Of a DNA stretch of 58,587 bases, positions 55,729 through 58,587 are shown in pieces. The notes under the pieces are model-generated. The model saw only the letters and a list, made by a program, of their open reading frames with translations. It was not told the origin of the DNA and ran no database searches. The DNA comes from Bacillota bacterium. GTDB taxonomy: Bacteria > Bacillota > Limnochordia > DTU087. Both the position numbers and the translations under genes were made by a program. Numbering within the stretch: position 1 is the stretch's first letter; every line of letters starts with the position of its first letter. The DNA lies in the NCBI GenBank assembly GCA_012799135.1, contig JAAZLW010000066.1:1-58587 (forward strand). Reading direction: 5' to 3'.

Positions 55729-57576
55729 ATGGCTTTCGATGACCGGACAAGGGCAGAAGAGCACAATGTCGTTGAACAGGAGACCACAGGCCAGAAGGAC
55801 GCTCTAGAGACGAACGAGGAAGTGACCCCAGTTGTTGTCGATGGCCGAATCTCTGTTCAGGATGGTAAAGTGCAAGTCATACCGCCGATGGAGGGCGGGC
55901 GATGGCCGGTGATCGGACCCGGCGCTAATGTAGTTGTCAGAGTGAACGGCAGCGAGATTACAGAGAAATACACCCTCTCTGAGGGTGATGTGGTCGAGGT
56001 TCTACCGGCCGATGAGGAAGCGATCTGTGAAGTCAAAATCATCGTCAACTCTACGAAAATGCAAGCCTTAGCCTCCTTTCACCGTCAGGCGGGCAAGACC
56101 TTTCGCGTAAGAGATCTCCCGGAAGGTCCCTTCGCTCATATGACGGCAGAGCTTGTGGAGGTGACTACTCCACCCGACCCCACTGTAGAAGATGTAATGG
56201 ATAAGCTGGCTGAAGCAGGAGTGGTTTTCGGAATCGATCAAGAGGCGATTCAGCAATTGATCAAAGGGTTCGGTGCCACACCGGTACCGGTGGCTCAGGG
56301 TCAGCCACCGACTGAGCCTGTGGATGGGATGGTTCGGTATTTATTTACTGAGTTGGCGGAAAAGGATATAGATCCCAACGCAACCAGGATTGACCTATAT
56401 GACCGTCATTCAATTCCTTGGGTTCAACCCCGAGATGTTTTGGCAGAAAAGACGGATCCCCGGGCGGGCGAACCAGGGACCAATGTATATGGGGAGCCTA
56501 TTCGTCCCCGCAATTACCGGAACCCAGTGCTCTCAGTAGGAGAAGGGGTAGAGCTACGGGACGAAGGGCGTCAAGCTGTGGCTACCAGGGAAGGGAGGCC
56601 TATCTTGGATGGCAAGACCATTAAAGTTGTTCCGACCTTCCTGGTACCCAAAGACGCTGATGCCAGTACTGGACATATCCGCTTTTCCGGGGATGTTGTA
56701 GTCAATGGGGATGTCTTGGATCGGATCGAGGTTATCTCGGGAGGGGTAGTAGAAGTCTCTGGTCTTGTTTCACATGCCAAGGTCATGGGTCAGCAGGGAG
56801 TAGTGGTACGTAAGGGTGTGATTGGTGGCCAAATCCGTGCAGGGGGCATCTCGGCGGAATGCAAGATGATTCTATCGGTGGTTAAGGTTCTGATTCTCCG
56901 CTTGGAGGAGTTGCTAAAAGCGTTGCAACAGCTACAGCGAGATCCGAGAATGCAGGAACTTAAACTATCTGATGGCCAAGTAGTTAAGCAGCTTTTGGAG
57001 AGCCGCTTTAGTGAGATTCCCAAACGGGTTGTCGAACTGGAGGACTACGCCGCTGCTTCTCCTGGTTTGTTTCAAGAAGTCCCACAGTTGACGCCGATCC
57101 TGAGGAATAAGCTGATGGGTTTGGGACCTACTTCCATCGCCTCTCGATGGGAGCTCCAACCTTTGATCAGTTCCCTACAGGATTTCGCACTGTATCTGGA
57201 AGCGATGCAGGCCGCTGATGCCGATATTGAAGTAAAGAGCCTGCAGAATGCAGTATTGGAAGCCAGTGGGAAAGTGTCGATCAGCGGTACAGGCTGCTAT
57301 CACTCAACCATCTTGGCCGGCAAGGGGGTCAAGGCCCCTCGGGGATTACTGAGGGGGGGCAAAGTGGTAGTCAATGAAGGCAATGTGGAGTTCAAGGAAC
57401 TGGGCGGTCCCGGAGGTATTACCACTGAAGTGACCATAGTTGGTAGTGGGATTATTGCAGCTCAGACAGTCTATCCCAATGTAATCCTTTCCATTCAGGG
57501 TGAGAGCCGGGCCTTCAAGGATACGGGACGGCGGATAAGAGCCTTTGTCAATGAGGAAGGGAAGTTGGTTGTATAG
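55729..57576 (+). CDS. FapA/DUF342 family protein
   Basis: GVVFGID, VAQG..P..PVDG, GTNVYG, TGHIRFSGDVVVNGDV, beta-helix repeats, coiled insert. Confidence 0.82.
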   Translation: MAFDDRTRAEEHNVVEQETTGQKDALETNEEVTPVVVDGRISVQDGKVQVIPPMEGGRWPVIGPGANVVVRVNGSEITEKYTLSEGDVVEVLPADEEAICEVKIIVNSTKMQALASFHRQAGKTFRVRDLPEGPFAHMTAELVEVTTPPDPTVEDVMDKLAEAGVVFGIDQEAIQQLIKGFGATPVPVAQGQPPTEPVDGMVRYLFTELAEKDIDPNATRIDLYDRHSIPWVQPRDVLAEKTDPRAGEPGTNVYGEPIRPRNYRNPVLSVGEGVELRDEGRQAVATREGRPILDGKTIKVVPTFLVPKDADASTGHIRFSGDVVVNGDVLDRIEVISGGVVEVSGLVSHAKVMGQQGVVVRKGVIGGQIRAGGISAECKMILSVVKVLILRLEELLKALQQLQRDPRMQELKLSDGQVVKQLLESRFSEIPKRVVELEDYAAASPGLFQEVPQLTPILRNKLMGLGPTSIASRWELQPLISSLQDFALYLEAMQAADADIEVKSLQNAVLEASGKVSISGTGCYHSTILAGKGVKAPRGLLRGGKVVVNEGNVEFKELGGPGGITTEVTIVGSGIIAAQTVYPNVILSIQGESRAFKDTGRRIRAFVNEEGKLVV

Positions 57577-57580
57577 GGCG

Positions 57581-57609
57581 TTGTTTTATTTGCCTGGGCA
57601 AGATATAAT
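57581..57609 (+). promoter_or_regulatory. sigma-A promoter for the zinc-ribbon gene
   Basis: TTGTTT-N17-TATAAT. Confidence 0.7.
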
Positions 57610-57618
57610 AGACATTGA

Positions 57619-57798
57619 TAGTGTGGGCCCAAGCGGTCGGTGTGCCGCGCATCGCATTGCCACGGCAGTGAGACCAAGCCCTGAGGCCACGTCTTGATCC
57701 CCAGTAGTGTCCGGAAGACACTTCCCCGGCGGGGTGGAGGGAATGAGGCAAAGGTAGGCCCGCGCTGGGTAGTGATTACCGATCAAAGAAGGGGATCA
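57619..57798 (+). ncRNA. Candidate structured 5' leader RNA (unassigned cis-regulatory element)
   Basis: 11-bp closing stem 57619-29/57757-67 enclosing two branched domains. Anti-SD TGATCCCC is complementary to GGGGATCA at the RBS. Confidence 0.5.
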
Positions 57799-57803
57799 GA
57801 TTA

Positions 57804-58097
57804 ATGGGTGCCTTTGTTGACAAGGTTCTAGTCTGCCGTGATTGTGGTTCAGAGTTTACTTTTTCCGCTGGAGAACAAGCTTTTTACGAGGAAAAGGGGT
57901 TTGTAAATGAGCCGACCCGGTGTCCTGAGTGTCGCCGGAATCGGAAACAGCAGCGTAACGCCCCATCCCGTTCACGTCAGCGGGAGACATTTAAGGCTAT
58001 TTGTGCTGATTGTGGTGTAGAAACCGAAGTCCCATTTAAGCCTCAGCTAGACAGACCTGTGTACTGCCGAGATTGTTTTGCTAGGCATCGCAGTTAG
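57804..58097 (+). CDS. Double zinc-ribbon protein (zf-trcl plus CxxC-x17-CxxC domain)
   Basis: DKVLVCRDCG.EFTFSAGEQAFY..KGF.NEPTRCPECR and CADCG...VPFKP...RPVYCRDC. Confidence 0.92.
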   Translation: MGAFVDKVLVCRDCGSEFTFSAGEQAFYEEKGFVNEPTRCPECRRNRKQQRNAPSRSRQRETFKAICADCGVETEVPFKPQLDRPVYCRDCFARHRS

Positions 58098-58127
58098 GCT
58101 GAGCGTATAGCCTAAGAGCATAGAGAG

Positions 58128-58181
58128 AAAGACTCCTGTCAGCAGAGTACCGGGGAAATGCCGATAGGAGTCTTTACTTTT
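58128..58181 (+). terminator. Probable terminator after the zinc-ribbon gene
   Basis: 13-bp stem aaagactcctgtc/gataggagtcttt with a long loop, followed by actttt. Confidence 0.55.
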
Positions 58182-58351
58182 GGCCATCTGAAAAAGAGGC
58201 GTGCAGCCGGTGAGACTTGCCATAAAACTACAGCTGCCAGTACGTTTAGGCCTAGTGGCTACGGGGTACAACTAGCGAGGGATACCTTGGTAGGGAGCTT
58301 ATCCTGGCTGTGACGATTGCCGGACGGAGGAAATTGGACCGGTGAAGCCTC

Positions 58352-58381
58352 TTGACAGGCTGGAGCTGGGTGTGATACCAT
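58352..58381 (+). promoter_or_regulatory. sigma-A promoter for the cold-shock gene
   Basis: TTGACA-N18-TACCAT with an extended TGTG. Confidence 0.65.
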
Positions 58382-58397
58382 TAGTTCGAAAGTTGGA

Positions 58398-58486
58398 AAC
58401 TCTTAGGCGTTGTTGCTACCAAGCAACATCGGGCCCTTATCCAAAGCCCCCTTGTTCTTGGCCTTGTTTGCTTCACCTTAAGAGTT
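58398..58486 (+). promoter_or_regulatory. Structured csp 5' UTR (likely thermoregulated leader)
   Basis: Closing stem aactctta/taagagtt with internal hairpins tgttgct/agcaaca and gggc/gccc. Leader of about 125 nt. Confidence 0.5.
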
Positions 58487-58515
58487 GGAGAAATCTTTAG
58501 GAGGAATGCGTAGTA

Positions 58516-58587
58516 ATGCTAGGCAGAGTTAAGTGGTTTAACGCGGAGAAGGGCTACGGCTTCATAGAGAGGGAAGACGGTGGCGAC
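58516..58587 (+). CDS. Cold-shock protein (CspA family), 3'-partial
   Basis: AGGAGG RBS. MLGRVKWFNAEKGYGFIEREDGGD contains RNP1 KGYGFI. Confidence 0.93.
   Translation, partial: MLGRVKWFNAEKGYGFIEREDGGD

Noticed and set aside
57706-57722. gtccggaag resembling SRP RNA helix 8
   Set aside because: The flanking CAGG and AGCAG internal-loop elements are absent
57678-57743. TPP-riboswitch-like words (CTGAG, TGATC, AGGGAA) in the zinc-ribbon leader
   Set aside because: The CUGAGA...ACCC...ACCUGA context and the UAAU loop are missing, and the downstream gene is unrelated to thiamine. Kept only as an unassigned structured leader.
1-58587. CRISPR arrays, tRNA/rRNA, IS elements, prophage or defence genes, and the many short antisense ORFs in the track
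   Set aside because: No spaced direct repeats, cloverleaf signatures or mobile/defence protein motifs seen by eye. The short ORFs lie inside or opposite well-supported genes.

Overview
Chromosomal core/accessory region of a roughly 52% GC anaerobic Firmicute (Bacillota). A diderm Limnochordia-like lineage is plausible because both sugar-binding proteins lack lipoboxes, but this is inference. I found no mobile element, CRISPR array, rRNA or tRNA. About 56 CDS are supported: two sugar ABC systems, a CofE-like ligase, an IclR-PfkB kinase-hydantoinase A-HDAC operon, PatB, cadCA, a PHP phosphatase, MATE, a nitrilase pair, an MFS transporter, a GH106-like hydrolase, thuA, rnhA, a Gfo/Idh/MocA pair, a triple-XRE regulator, a CoA-transferase, flgN, a Ca-ATPase, fapA, a double zinc-ribbon protein and a partial cold-shock gene. 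The best candidate for an undescribed system is a clear c-di-AMP (ydaO/yuaA) riboswitch heading a SulP-STAS anion transporter and a 10-gene mrpEFG-BBB-C-DDD antiporter-like complex that has no redox module. Other highlights: a nitrilase paralogue with all three catalytic residues replaced, next to an intact one; a HyuA ATPase directly abutting an HDAC-fold deacylase instead of HyuB; a multibranched leader RNA with an anti-Shine-Dalgarno segment upstream of the zinc-ribbon gene; an unannotated 55-aa CxxC-x17-CxxC microprotein; and a sigma-H-like AGG(A/G)-N17/18-GAA motif in front of about 12 transcription units. All family calls come from motif recognition by eye; no database search was run.
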